The notes under the pieces are model-generated. The model was not told where the DNA came from, searched no databases, and saw only the letters and a list, made by a program, of their open reading frames with translations. This document shows, piece by piece, positions 1 through 10,207 of a stretch of DNA of 64,000 nt. How positions within the stretch are numbered: position 1 is the stretch's first letter; each line of letters opens with the position of its first letter. The stretch spans positions 425-64,424 of the forward strand of contig JAGVYC010000014.1 of NCBI GenBank assembly GCA_018303485.1, in the 5' to 3' direction. The translations under genes were made by a program, and so were the position numbers. The DNA comes from Candidatus Woesearchaeota archaeon. Lineage in GTDB: Archaea; Nanobdellota; Nanobdellia; SCGC-AAA011-G17; JACPNG01.

Positions 1-182
1 CAAAAACAAAATAACTGCAACTACAACAAATATGATCAAAGTAAGCAAAAACTCCATCGCCATGCCCCTTTTATTGTAATATCGCATTCAAAGCCCCTTT
101 AATAATGAAATAAACTATCACAAATAAAACTACAGCAAGAACAATATACAGTATAACTTTAAGGAAGGTCTCGCTTCCTCTT

Positions 183-389
183 TTACTTGACCTTGACATT
201 CTCTTTTCTCATCCCGTATAATAAAGCCAACAAGCCAGCAGCAACAATTATTCCCTGATATGCCATCCCTGTGCTTGGTATAAACTTCAAGCCCTCTGAG
301 ATTAAAGTGCTTTCTTTCAGCACAGGCCATGCTCCAATTAAAATCATTAACAACCCAATTAAGCTAATAATTATTTTCAAATTAACCAC
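183..389 (-). CDS. small hydrophobic membrane protein (68 aa), uncertain
   Basis: ORF with two predicted hydrophobic helices; overlaps alternative ORF 130..330 in another frame; no recognisable motif. Confidence 0.3.
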   Translation of the reverse strand: MVNLKIIISLIGLLMILIGAWPVLKESTLISEGLKFIPSTGMAYQGIIVAAGLLALLYGMRKENVKVK

Positions 390-390
390 C

Positions 391-1044
391 TCATTTCTTC
401 CATTTTATTATCAATCCAACAAAAAAACCTATCCATGCTAAAGCAAACAAAATGCTTGCAATTGGTATTAAATCAAAAGGAATATTATAATACAATGGTG
501 AGCTGTAATACCATGCCATAAAGCTAAAAGCATCAAGCCATATAAAAATAACATAAGCCAAGATATAGCCAATAGACAATAGCAGCAATCCTCCTCCGCT
601 TATATTCCCTTTCAAATATTTATACATCACAAAAAACACCAGCACAGCCAAAAACACAGGTATTAAAGGCCCGAACATTTCTATTAGCACAATTCCGGTT
701 CTTGCCTCCCATAAGACCAGAGCTAAAGCCAAAAATATCCCCAATCCAACATATATTGCCTTTCCACCCTCCTTAAAATGGCTTCCAAAAGCAAATTTCC
801 CAAGTCCTAAAAATATCAGCAAGAATATGAAAAAATCAAACCACTGCGCATATTCATAATAAAGTTCAAACAATCCTCCGAATCCAGGAAGAAATCCTCC
901 AAAAATCCCACCTTCAATATAGCCTTGCCTTGGATATGTAACAAAACCAGTATAAGAGCTTAAAAAATAAAGTACAATAAAACTAATTAAGAATAAAGCT
1001 ATGGCAAATAAATACTTGTCAACCCTTTTAACCTTAAAATCCAT
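391..1044 (-). CDS. multi-pass integral membrane protein, unknown function
   Basis: 217 aa ORF, 6-7 hydrophobic segments rich in F/L/G, compact spacing to neighbours. Confidence 0.55.
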   Translation of the reverse strand: MDFKVKRVDKYLFAIALFLISFIVLYFLSSYTGFVTYPRQGYIEGGIFGGFLPGFGGLFELYYEYAQWFDFFIFLLIFLGLGKFAFGSHFKEGGKAIYVGLGIFLALALVLWEARTGIVLIEMFGPLIPVFLAVLVFFVMYKYLKGNISGGGLLLLSIGYILAYVIFIWLDAFSFMAWYYSSPLYYNIPFDLIPIASILFALAWIGFFVGLIIKWKK

Positions 1045-1134
1045 TCATAACTAGATTAATCCTATTTATATAAAACTTTCTAGAAAAGAATTATTCTAAT
1101 TTATATATCTAGCATAAGACTTAACACTTTCTAA

Positions 1135-1437
1135 TCACTTCATAATCTTATCATATAACTTCTTGCCAGTATACGTTATTAAAACAGTTGTGCCAACCAT
1201 TAATGCCCAATCAACATTATTTGCTACACCAGAATAAACCAAGTCTACAAAATCACCCACATAGCCTTCAATTGTATGCTTGTCTCCTAACTCAGGTGTT
1301 ACTACCTGCCCATTATGCCTTTCACCAATAGCATTAGCTAATTTGCCACTGCCATAAACCAAAGGCCCAGCAATAAGATAATATAATCCATTTCCAAGTT
1401 TTTCTTTAAATTTACCCATTTTACCTACAATAAACAC
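1135..1437 (-). CDS. hypothetical protein (100 aa)
   Basis: ORF only; N-terminal basic stretch followed by a moderately hydrophobic segment. Confidence 0.35.
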   Translation of the reverse strand: MFIVGKMGKFKEKLGNGLYYLIAGPLVYGSGKLANAIGERHNGQVVTPELGDKHTIEGYVGDFVDLVYSGVANNVDWALMVGTTVLITYTGKKLYDKIMK

Positions 1438-1549
1438 TATAATTATTAAAATTAACTACTCTTTCAGAGTAATTTAGTATTTATAAACCTTTCTATATTT
1501 ACTATTTAAAAGTGGAAACATTTATAAATATGTTAAATCTTGCATTTTT

Positions 1550-2101
1550 ATGATAAAGATAAAGAAAATTTTTAATAGCTATGTGCCAGAAGGCAACATC
1601 GCAACATTAGAAGACAAAATGAAAATATATGCAGATAAATCTGAAAAAATAGATGTTAGCGACCTGGCAACATTATTTTCCGTGCATTTGATGAAAATAG
1701 GTCTTGTTCATAAGAGCGCACAAACTTATCTTAAAAAAAGAATAACACTTTTTCATTTTCCAAAAGAACAAGTTCAAGTTAGTATAAAAGATATTTATAG
1801 TGTTCAAAAAAGAGAAGAAGAGCCAAAAGACGCAGGAATTTTAACAGAGCTTCTTAAAAGAACAGGGCAAACCTATGGTGGGGTGGAAATACGAATAACA
1901 CATATTTATGGCATTTTTGACCGTATTTTTAATTGCAGTACAATAAGACAATTAGGAAAAGGAACAAAAAATATTTACAAAGTTAAACTGTACAGCTCTG
2001 GTACTAAAAAACACGAATTTGAATTAAGCACATTTCTCACATATTTGGAAGCAAAGACGCAGGCTACAGGCAATCTATCAATTGCAGAAAATGCAGAATA
2101 A
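1550..2101 (+). CDS. hypothetical protein (183 aa)
   Basis: Clean ORF divergent from the pilus-locus genes; no recognisable motif. Confidence 0.45.
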   Translation: MIKIKKIFNSYVPEGNIATLEDKMKIYADKSEKIDVSDLATLFSVHLMKIGLVHKSAQTYLKKRITLFHFPKEQVQVSIKDIYSVQKREEEPKDAGILTELLKRTGQTYGGVEIRITHIYGIFDRIFNCSTIRQLGKGTKNIYKVKLYSSGTKKHEFELSTFLTYLEAKTQATGNLSIAENAE

Positions 2102-2125
2102 TGAGTATTACCAATTCATTGGACC

Positions 2126-4252
2126 TTAGCCTCCAGAAACTAAATTAATCCCGCCAGCAAGCACATTAAATACCAAAATTCCAATCAATGATATTGCAAA
2201 ATACAAAATAGCGCCAAACAATAAATTCTTGCTTAAGCCATTTTTAAAAGCCAGGTCATCAACACCATTTTCAATAGTGCTCCCCAAATAGCTTAATATG
2301 ATAATGATTTGAATGACATAAAACCCAACAACGAGCTGGAAATGATACCCTGGTATTAAATACTCTGGCTTAAATAAATCCAGCAATCCTGCTACACCTC
2401 CTACATCACCTGTTCCAATGCTCCCTGTTTTCAGCTGCTCAGTAAGCTTGTTTATTATTGAAACAACCATTGATGCAACACCAACAACTATCCCTGCAAT
2501 CATCGGGGTCATAAATGTCACCTGGCTTTTCATACTAGACGTTACATCAGCAAGCAAATCTTTAAGCCTTTCATTAACAGCATGTATTCTATTGACATAT
2601 TCGCTTATGCTCATCATGCTCTTTGATATAACAATGGGCCCTCTCCTTGCTGATTCAAGCAAAACCTTCATTGATGTTTCAACCAAACCTGATGGAAAAA
2701 ATAATATTGCTCCTCTATCTTTGTTGAATATAGCCTCTTTCAACCCCATTCCAAACTTTGTTAAATTAACGCTTATTAATCTAAAAAATTCCCCTGTTGG
2801 CGAATCTCTCAAGTCATCAGCAACCTTGGAAAATGCAATCTCAACAGGAATCCCTCCGCCAACTCTATTCCCAAGCTGAAACAAGCTGCCAACGAATTCC
2901 TTTTCCAAATTCTTTGTTTTCTCTCTTATGATAATCAGTTCTTTTGTTTTTAACTTGTAGTAAACTCCTAATGCTATTGCAATCCCAACAGGAATGAACA
3001 AGCTCAATATCAATGCAAAGCTTCCATAAGGCCCTAAACATCTGTTATTATTGCATTTATAATCAAAATATTTCATAGATAATGCACCAGAGCCAAAACT
3101 TGCCTGGTCTAATTCAGGGTTTGTAAAATGCAACACCACTGGCAAAATTCCAATTACAAAAAAAACAAAAAAAACAACAGCAGCTAAGAACTTGGCCCCT
3201 TGCCCATATTTTTCATCAGTTTTTACAATTATATTCTCGCTGTATCCTGTTGGCCTTTTGATCAGCATATTATACCCAAAAATAAAAACAGCTATTGGCA
3301 ATATCAGGTTATACAATATGGCCAAATGCCACCACTTAACAATCCCTTGCAAAAAACTTCCCACTAGTGGAAATAAAACCAATCCTAATATTGGCAAAAC
3401 AATCCCGAGCATATACAATATAGTCATTGGTGATTTTAAATCATGTGCAAAATGCAGCATTCTTTCATGTGTGCCTTCAAGTATTATCTGCAGTGCCTTC
3501 TCGAGCAGATCAATTCTTTTCTCTTCAGAGCCTTCATACAGGCTGCCTTCAATCAAATGAAATGATTCAACAAACTCTAAGTTGTAATCCCTCCATCCTT
3601 CTAAATAATTGTCAATGCTTTCTTTTATAGTTGAAAATTTATCAGTCTCAACATCCCAGAATATCTTCCTTAAATCCAGGGCCAGGGGATTTCCAATGTG
3701 CTCGCCTGCAAATTTTATTGCATGCTCTAAATTGGATGTATGCCTCATGTAAATTATAATATATAATATACAGACAACCATCTGATTGCTTGCAGCCAGC
3801 CTTCTTTTATTCGCCAGATACACCGGAAACTTGCTCAGTGGTTTTATAATAACAGCTCCGAGTATCATTAAAAGCAAAGGAATCATAAGCATAGGGCTTC
3901 CAATAACATAGGATATCACCAAAAGTAATATTGCAAATGCTATTAGAAAAGCCCCAGAAAATAATGCAAAACCAACAGCATCACTGGGCTTAATATGCAA
4001 ATGTGAAATCTCAATGGCGTCATTGATCTTTTTTTCATCTTCTGGCTTTAGTTTTATTGTTAATATGTTTCCAAATAACCTTGCAGCATTTTCATAAAAT
4101 GAATCAGCCCTGTCTAATGCTTCATTCCTAAAGATATCATACTCCCTTGAAAAAACCCTGCTGTCTTTTACATCTGTTGCTTCAAAATCTATGTTCTCTC
4201 CAAGTTTCCTCTCGTATTTATGCAGTATGTCTCTTACGCTTTCATCCACCAT
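2126..4252 (-). CDS. type IV pilus/archaellum assembly platform membrane protein (FlaJ/TadC/PilC, T2SS-F family)
   Basis: 708 aa polytopic membrane protein with two repeated cytoplasmic-domain plus TM-bundle units; lies immediately downstream of and co-oriented with a secretion ATPase, the canonical FlaI-FlaJ pairing. Confidence 0.7.
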   Translation of the reverse strand: MVDESVRDILHKYERKLGENIDFEATDVKDSRVFSREYDIFRNEALDRADSFYENAARLFGNILTIKLKPEDEKKINDAIEISHLHIKPSDAVGFALFSGAFLIAFAILLLVISYVIGSPMLMIPLLLMILGAVIIKPLSKFPVYLANKRRLAASNQMVVCILYIIIYMRHTSNLEHAIKFAGEHIGNPLALDLRKIFWDVETDKFSTIKESIDNYLEGWRDYNLEFVESFHLIEGSLYEGSEEKRIDLLEKALQIILEGTHERMLHFAHDLKSPMTILYMLGIVLPILGLVLFPLVGSFLQGIVKWWHLAILYNLILPIAVFIFGYNMLIKRPTGYSENIIVKTDEKYGQGAKFLAAVVFFVFFVIGILPVVLHFTNPELDQASFGSGALSMKYFDYKCNNNRCLGPYGSFALILSLFIPVGIAIALGVYYKLKTKELIIIREKTKNLEKEFVGSLFQLGNRVGGGIPVEIAFSKVADDLRDSPTGEFFRLISVNLTKFGMGLKEAIFNKDRGAILFFPSGLVETSMKVLLESARRGPIVISKSMMSISEYVNRIHAVNERLKDLLADVTSSMKSQVTFMTPMIAGIVVGVASMVVSIINKLTEQLKTGSIGTGDVGGVAGLLDLFKPEYLIPGYHFQLVVGFYVIQIIIILSYLGSTIENGVDDLAFKNGLSKNLLFGAILYFAISLIGILVFNVLAGGINLVSGG

Positions 4253-4315
4253 CTTTTTGTTTAATCATCTATGGATTAGTATTTAATGTTTTCTAGGATT
4301 TATATTTACAAAAAT

Positions 4316-6598
4316 TTACTTCAGCTTCAATTCTTTAATCGCCCTTTTCAGCCAATCTTCCCACTCAAAAAGTATTCTTTTGACATCTAAATAGCCAACT
4401 TCTTCCCTTACATAATAGCTTATTCTATGAAACTGGTCATTTGCATAAGCAACAAATTCTGCTTCCAAAAGCTGGCTCATGTTTTCTTTGGTAGAATAAT
4501 TAACCAGCATTTCTTTCATTTTTGCCCGCAGCAATATGTTCTCCCACACAGCATCCCAATTGCCAGCCCATTCTTTAACATTTCCAGCAATAGCCTTTAT
4601 TATTTCGCTGTCTCCATTAATCAGATCATCAGTCGGTTCTAGCATGTCTGTTTCAGCATTATACTTCATCAGGTCAACAAACCCCTTTTCAACCAACGGA
4701 TCATTAGTCCAGTGTTTTCTTACCTCTGTTATCTGCACAACCCTTCTCCATTTATGCATGCCGTCTGGGCTTTTCATAGGATTTGCAATTATAATTATGT
4801 CAACAGCCTTGAAGCTTGTTCTGGGAACTTGCAAGTCATTTACTACCCTGTCATAAACACCATAGGGGCTTTCCCCATGTATTGTTCCTATGACAGAATT
4901 AGCCAAAGCGCCAACTCTCATTGCTTCGAATAATGCAAAAGCCTCATTACTTCTCACCTCACCCACTATCAAAGAAGAATCTCCCATTCTCAGGCTTGTC
5001 CTTATTCCTTCATCAGCAGGCACTTCTGTTCCACCTTTTGTCATCGCGCTTCTTACTTTCATTGGCTGAATATTATATCCTAATTTTCTCATCACTTCAG
5101 AATTTATTTCTAATGTGTCCTCAACAGTTATCATCCTGTATTTCCTCATGATTTCTATTAATGAAGCGCCAAGTAAGCTTGTTTTTCCAGAGCTCCTAGT
5201 TCCAGCAAAAAGCAATGTCCTAGATCCAGATATCAAGAAGCTCAGCAAGCCGGCACCCAAAGGGCTTATCATCTTATGCTTTAAGAATAATGGCAAAGTC
5301 CAAGGCTTGTCCCTGTGCCTTCTCAGAGAATATGCAATCCCATAAGGATTCAATGGTCTTTGTATTATTGCTACCCTTGCCCTTGCACCAGGTATTGAAA
5401 GTTCAGTATCTAATATAGGATTTGCCTCATCTAAGGGCCTGCCAGATATTATCCTGAATTTCGTTGCCCAGCCTTCAGCATCATCCCTTGATGGCATTAT
5501 GTTAGTCGTGCATTCTTCATAATCTTCATGCACTAAAAATATCGGCGTATCACCAACAGGAGAATTAATCACAATATCTTGTACCTTTGGGTCTTGCAAT
5601 AATAACTCAATAAGCCCAAAACCAACAGTATATCTCACTAATATTTTTGCTAATTCATCAAGTTCTTCTTGATTTAATTCAAGCCCTTTGTTATCTGCTA
5701 ATTCCTGCAATAAATCTCGACCAATGTTATAAAAAGTTGCCCTCATTTTTTCAGGCTCTAAAAATTCTTCTTCCCTTGGCTTGTGCTCAACTAAGATTGT
5801 CCTTGCCAAATCAAGCAGGGTATATTTGTCCTCGCTTATCTTAAATTCTGGAGGTGTTAAATGATAAAGATATTTTACATCTTTATTAGTCCTGAATATT
5901 GCAACATCAGAGTTTTCAACAGAATAAATATCAATCTCTTCGGCGTCAATTGGCTGCTGCACCATTAATCTTGTAAAAATAAAATCTGGTGAAATGCTTG
6001 GCTTGAATATTCTTTTGTACAAAGACCTGTCGCCAATACTATGCCCCTCAATGTCTGATTTGACAAGGTTTATCAGCCTTGTATTCTCCAATTGATTGCT
6101 GATATAATTCAACCTTTCAATATACTCTTGGTAAACCTCAACCAAATCAAGCGGCACTTTTCCAAGTTTTATCTTTTCTGATCTAATCACTCTTTTCAAT
6201 TCAACGTAAGCGCCAATAGGATCATTCCTTAACAAGTTCAAAACTACATTCTGCAATTCTGCCCTCCAGCTGGGAAGGTAAGTGCTAGAAGCTATTGTCA
6301 TTTCAAAATCCATCAATGTTATCATTTTCTTCTGCCTTATCAAAGACTTGTACAAATTAGCTATCTCAACTAGCATCTGTGTTTGCTCATAATCGTAGCT
6401 GTACTGTTTTCTTTGGGAAAAAATTATTCTGGAAACGCTTGGCGCTTCAATTAATTTTTCTATGGTTGTTGCCATGCATATAGCACTATCCTCTAAAGAA
6501 GGCGAGAAACCCCACATCTCAGCATTGATTTTCATAACATCTTCTTGCCCCTCTTTTATTACAGTATAATCCCTTTCAGCCATGTTACCACTTTTCAA
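4316..6598 (-). CDS. type II/IV secretion-system ATPase (FlaI/PilB/VirB11 family)
   Basis: Walker A 'AGTRSSGKTSLLGA'; 760 aa with long N-terminal extension; paired with FlaJ-like platform gene. Confidence 0.85.
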   Translation of the reverse strand: MKSGNMAERDYTVIKEGQEDVMKINAEMWGFSPSLEDSAICMATTIEKLIEAPSVSRIIFSQRKQYSYDYEQTQMLVEIANLYKSLIRQKKMITLMDFEMTIASSTYLPSWRAELQNVVLNLLRNDPIGAYVELKRVIRSEKIKLGKVPLDLVEVYQEYIERLNYISNQLENTRLINLVKSDIEGHSIGDRSLYKRIFKPSISPDFIFTRLMVQQPIDAEEIDIYSVENSDVAIFRTNKDVKYLYHLTPPEFKISEDKYTLLDLARTILVEHKPREEEFLEPEKMRATFYNIGRDLLQELADNKGLELNQEELDELAKILVRYTVGFGLIELLLQDPKVQDIVINSPVGDTPIFLVHEDYEECTTNIMPSRDDAEGWATKFRIISGRPLDEANPILDTELSIPGARARVAIIQRPLNPYGIAYSLRRHRDKPWTLPLFLKHKMISPLGAGLLSFLISGSRTLLFAGTRSSGKTSLLGASLIEIMRKYRMITVEDTLEINSEVMRKLGYNIQPMKVRSAMTKGGTEVPADEGIRTSLRMGDSSLIVGEVRSNEAFALFEAMRVGALANSVIGTIHGESPYGVYDRVVNDLQVPRTSFKAVDIIIIANPMKSPDGMHKWRRVVQITEVRKHWTNDPLVEKGFVDLMKYNAETDMLEPTDDLINGDSEIIKAIAGNVKEWAGNWDAVWENILLRAKMKEMLVNYSTKENMSQLLEAEFVAYANDQFHRISYYVREEVGYLDVKRILFEWEDWLKRAIKELKLK

Positions 6599-6668
6599 AG
6601 TTTACATAATATTTAATATCTATCAATAGAACATATCACATATATAAATAAATACTTTTCGATAAAAC

Positions 6669-7037
6669 ATGGCAATTGAAACAACCCAACAAGATGCTTC
6701 TTACATACTCAATGAAGTTGTTAATAGATTGCGTTCTCTCGAAAGCAAATACAATTTAATAACAGAAAAAACACTTTTGATAAACAAAAACATGATAGAT
6801 GAATATAAATCCTTGTCAAGGCATATAAAAATAATCGAATCTGACATTAAAGAAATTAAATTGGAAGTAAACAAGCTTAAAGAAATAATAAGGGAGTTTG
6901 CAAAAGAGTTCGATAGCTATGCAAGAAAAGAAAACGTCAAGGTTTTAGAAAAGTATATTAACCTAATAGACCCATTAAAATTTGTAACAGAAGATGATGT
7001 TAAGCGCATTGTTAAAGAGGTGATCAAATCTGAATAA
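6669..7037 (+). CDS. coiled-coil protein, unknown function
   Basis: 122 aa, heptad-rich K/E/I/L composition; divergently transcribed from the secretion ATPase. Confidence 0.45.
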   Translation: MAIETTQQDASYILNEVVNRLRSLESKYNLITEKTLLINKNMIDEYKSLSRHIKIIESDIKEIKLEVNKLKEIIREFAKEFDSYARKENVKVLEKYINLIDPLKFVTEDDVKRIVKEVIKSE

Positions 7038-7044
7038 TAACGAA

Positions 7045-7668
7045 TTGCCATTGGATGCAGCAATCAAGCTGAAACAGCAGGGCCTTAATAATCCGCAAAT
7101 AATTTCAAGGCTGGAAGGCCAGGGATACAACAGCCAGCAAGTTGCAGAAACTATAAATCAGCTGGGCATAAAATCAAATATAGAATCAGGTTCAATGGCT
7201 CAGAATGAAATGCAGCCTTCTTTGCTTGATGAAGATATTCCAGTGCCAACACCTCCTCAATCAGGCATGGCATTCGAAAGGCATTCATACTCGCCATCTG
7301 CAAGAATAGAAGAGCAAACTGCGCCTTATATCGCATCTGATAGCTCTGATGTTCAAGGATTAATAGAATCAGTAGTTGAAGAAAAATGGCAGCGCTTCTC
7401 AGATTCAATGACAGATTTTGAAGTCTGGAAAGCAGGCGTTAATGATGATTTAATATCAATAAAGCAGGAGGTAATAAGGCAAAGCAACAGGTTTGATATC
7501 CTGCAAAAAGCAGTTCTTGGCAAAGTGGATGAATACAATAAGAGCATGATTGATGTAAGCTCAGAGATAAAAGCCTTGGAAAAGGTATTCCAAAATATAA
7601 TATCGCCATTAACCTCAAATATTAAAGAGCTTGGAAGAATAACAAACGACCTTAAAGGTGTTAGGTAA
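7045..7668 (+). CDS. hypothetical protein with N-terminal small helical domain and C-terminal coiled coil
   Basis: 207 aa ORF 8 nt downstream of the preceding coiled-coil gene (operon-like); acidic linker then coiled coil. Confidence 0.45.
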   Translation: MPLDAAIKLKQQGLNNPQIISRLEGQGYNSQQVAETINQLGIKSNIESGSMAQNEMQPSLLDEDIPVPTPPQSGMAFERHSYSPSARIEEQTAPYIASDSSDVQGLIESVVEEKWQRFSDSMTDFEVWKAGVNDDLISIKQEVIRQSNRFDILQKAVLGKVDEYNKSMIDVSSEIKALEKVFQNIISPLTSNIKELGRITNDLKGVR

Positions 7669-8202
7669 TCAATAATTCTTCGCAATCAATCTAATGGATT
7701 GTGCAGCAATTACCAGTATTAAGGCTACTGTCAATATCTTGGAATTGAATATTATCTTGGCAATGTCATAAGTTACCCCTTGCTTTTCAATGGGCTGGCC
7801 ATCTGCAGTATATTGCTGTATTAATGGCCCATACACTTGGCTCAGGACAAAACCAAATATAATAATAACAACAATTATCAAAAACCATGCTACCCCTGAT
7901 TCTTCAAATACCTTTGATACAGTGCTTTCCTTAACTCCAACAAATAAAAACAAAGTTACTATGACAATTATCATTAAAAATAATATGACAAGCCATGGTG
8001 TTACAATTATTACAACATTGGAAACACCAGGTGTAAACATGAATATAACCCCTAAAACAAACGAAACAACTAAATTTATTTCTTTAGAAACCCCAAGTAT
8101 CTTTATTTTTGAGAGTACTGCATATATTCCAAAAAACACAACCAAAAAGACAAATATGGGTGCCAGCTTTGCCAATAAACTTACATCAACTGGTGTAGCC
8201 AT
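7669..8202 (-). CDS. 5-TM membrane protein, paralog 1 of tandem triplet
   Basis: 177 aa; shares architecture (short N-terminus, TM1, conserved IL-K-x-KILG motif, further TMs) with the next two ORFs. Confidence 0.55.
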   Translation of the reverse strand: MATPVDVSLLAKLAPIFVFLVVFFGIYAVLSKIKILGVSKEINLVVSFVLGVIFMFTPGVSNVVIIVTPWLVILFLMIIVIVTLFLFVGVKESTVSKVFEESGVAWFLIIVVIIIFGFVLSQVYGPLIQQYTADGQPIEKQGVTYDIAKIIFNSKILTVALILVIAAQSIRLIAKNY

Positions 8203-8203
8203 G

Positions 8204-8767
8204 TTAGGTTTTCTCGCCCTTTAGTTCTTTTCCAATCTTCTCAAAGAAGTTGCCGATGCCGCCCTCTCCTTGTTGCTTTTCTTTGGTTACAAGCCATATT
8301 ATTATTACAAATATGGCAATGAATATTATTATGCTTTTTGTTCTTGTATCCAAATTAGTCAGCCAGTCCGGCAGTATGTATCTCCCATTTAAATAATCAA
8401 CACTCAGGCTCCATATAATTGCTAGAATAGAAACAATTCCTGCAACAGCCATAAGATTGTTCCCCCACCCAGCATATTCTTCTTTTATGAATATGGCTAG
8501 CAGCAATAGCAACATTAAAAATACAACAATGAACAATGAAACATTAGGCAAAAATCTGTTTACCAGTACAACCAAATATTGATTCCTGATAAATATCAAG
8601 CCGACAACTAATGCCACAACGACATTAAAATTCTTGGCATCCTTTCCAAGTATCTTTGATTTTTGAAGTATGGCAAATGCCAGTGTAAATACTAGCAAAA
8701 ATGGCAATGCAATGTCATATACGCCAAAATCAGTAAGGTCTGATATTAAATCGCTTAAGTAACTCAT
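8204..8767 (-). CDS. 5-TM membrane protein, paralog 2 of tandem triplet
   Basis: 187 aa; 'AILQKSKILGKD' motif aligns with 'AILEKTKILGIEKDG' of paralog 3; 1-3 nt gaps between the three genes. Confidence 0.55.
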   Translation of the reverse strand: MSYLSDLISDLTDFGVYDIALPFLLVFTLAFAILQKSKILGKDAKNFNVVVALVVGLIFIRNQYLVVLVNRFLPNVSLFIVVFLMLLLLLAIFIKEEYAGWGNNLMAVAGIVSILAIIWSLSVDYLNGRYILPDWLTNLDTRTKSIIIFIAIFVIIIWLVTKEKQQGEGGIGNFFEKIGKELKGEKT

Positions 8768-8770
8768 GTT

Positions 8771-9313
8771 TTATCCCCCTTGTTTTGTGCCACCAGGAGT
8801 ATTATATACCCAGTATACTACACCAATTATAAATGCAACAAATATCAATGAAATAATAAATGTATCCTGCCATTTATCAACAATATAATCTAAAACAGGA
8901 TCTAGCCAGCCAAATGAATTCAGGAATATTGCTGCTACAGATACAAAAACTATTATCCCCATAAATGCCCCCCAAAACTTCCTTTCTCCAAAATGAAACT
9001 CTTTTTCTCCAGAAGCATACGATCCGACTAGCAGCATATAAATCACAATAACCACCAGTAATAATGCAGCATATGGCAGTGATGATTGTATAAACACTAC
9101 TGCTCTTGGAATAGCAACAAAAAATAAAGCTATGGTTAATGCCACCATTGAATTTATGTTTTTCTTCGGCCTGCCGTCTTTCTCAATTCCAAGTATCTTT
9201 GTCTTTTCAAGAATGGCAAAAACTATGGTAAATATGAATAGAAACGACAGTATTACATCAAAAAAACCCAGCCTCTTTAAAAAATCTATTGCATTGCTCA
9301 ATGGTGTAGCCAT
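8771..9313 (-). CDS. 5-TM membrane protein, paralog 3 of tandem triplet
   Basis: 180 aa; same topology and conserved motif as paralogs 1 and 2. Confidence 0.55.
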   Translation of the reverse strand: MATPLSNAIDFLKRLGFFDVILSFLFIFTIVFAILEKTKILGIEKDGRPKKNINSMVALTIALFFVAIPRAVVFIQSSLPYAALLLVVIVIYMLLVGSYASGEKEFHFGERKFWGAFMGIIVFVSVAAIFLNSFGWLDPVLDYIVDKWQDTFIISLIFVAFIIGVVYWVYNTPGGTKQGG

Positions 9314-9370
9314 GATATATTCATAAAATTTACTTGTTTAAATATTTTGTTGTTTTATTTTTAACCCTAT

Positions 9371-10090
9371 TTACTTGCCAAACTTTCTTTTTCTCAGGGA
9401 ATATTCATTTATGCATGCTAAAAAATCCTCTTTTTTAAACTCAGGCCATAGCAAATCAGGCAAAAAAATTATTTCAGCATAGCTGCTCTGCCATAACAAG
9501 AATCCGCTTAATCTTGATTCACTTGTTCTTATTATCAAATCTGGCTCGCTTTCCAAATAAAGGTTTTTCTTAAATACTTCTTCATTAAGATCTCCCACAT
9601 CCAAGTTTCCTTCCTTTATTTGTTTTGCAATCTTTTTTGTAGCATCTATTATTTCTGCTCTTCCCCCATAAGCCATTGCAAAATTAACAATGTGCTTGTT
9701 ATTCTCTTTGGTTAAATCCATTAGTTTATTCATTACTCCTTGTACATTGGCAGGAAACATCCATAGCCTTCCTATGAAATTAACCCTCAATCCCTTTTTA
9801 TTGATTTCATTTAAATTTTCTCTGCTCATGAGTTCATTAAATTCTTTTTCAAATAAAGCCATTAAATAATCAAATTCGTCTTTAGGCCTGTTAAAATTCT
9901 CAACAGAAAAAGCATAGAATGTTACTTCTTCAATGCATGTTTCATTACACCATTCAAGCAGCTCTTTTACCTTTTTAGCGCCCCATTCATGCCCCATCCA
10001 TGGCTTTATCATCAACCTCTTGGCAAACCGTCTATTGCCATCAAGGATTATGCCTAAATGCCTTGGGATATTTCCATTAACATTATTCAT
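9371..10090 (-). CDS. uppS: undecaprenyl-diphosphate synthase (cis-prenyltransferase)
   Basis: 'HLGIILDGNRRFAKR' and 'RTSESRLSGFLLWQSSYAE' signatures of the UPP synthase family. Confidence 0.85.
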   Translation of the reverse strand: MNNVNGNIPRHLGIILDGNRRFAKRLMIKPWMGHEWGAKKVKELLEWCNETCIEEVTFYAFSVENFNRPKDEFDYLMALFEKEFNELMSRENLNEINKKGLRVNFIGRLWMFPANVQGVMNKLMDLTKENNKHIVNFAMAYGGRAEIIDATKKIAKQIKEGNLDVGDLNEEVFKKNLYLESEPDLIIRTSESRLSGFLLWQSSYAEIIFLPDLLWPEFKKEDFLACINEYSLRKRKFGK

Positions 10091-10207
10091 AGTTGTTTTG
10101 TTTTTATAAAGAATTTAAAAACGTTTCTATGCTTATACTCTGGTGCATTAACAGTTGGTGATTTTATTATATATAAACAAAAATAGCCATTCTTGGGATA
10201 AATTGTT

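Noticed and set aside
130-330. 66-aa ORF overlapping the 183..389 ORF
   Set aside because: It is an alternative frame over the same DNA. At most one can be real, and neither has strong support.
2418-3630. Plus-strand ORFs (153, 122, 67 aa) inside the FlaJ-like gene
   Set aside because: They are antisense shadow ORFs of a long, well-supported minus-strand CDS, with low-complexity S/I/L-rich translations typical of AT-rich antisense frames.
4427-5844. Several 65-106 aa plus-strand ORFs inside the secretion ATPase gene
   Set aside because: They are antisense to a CDS with clear Walker motifs and show no independent signal.
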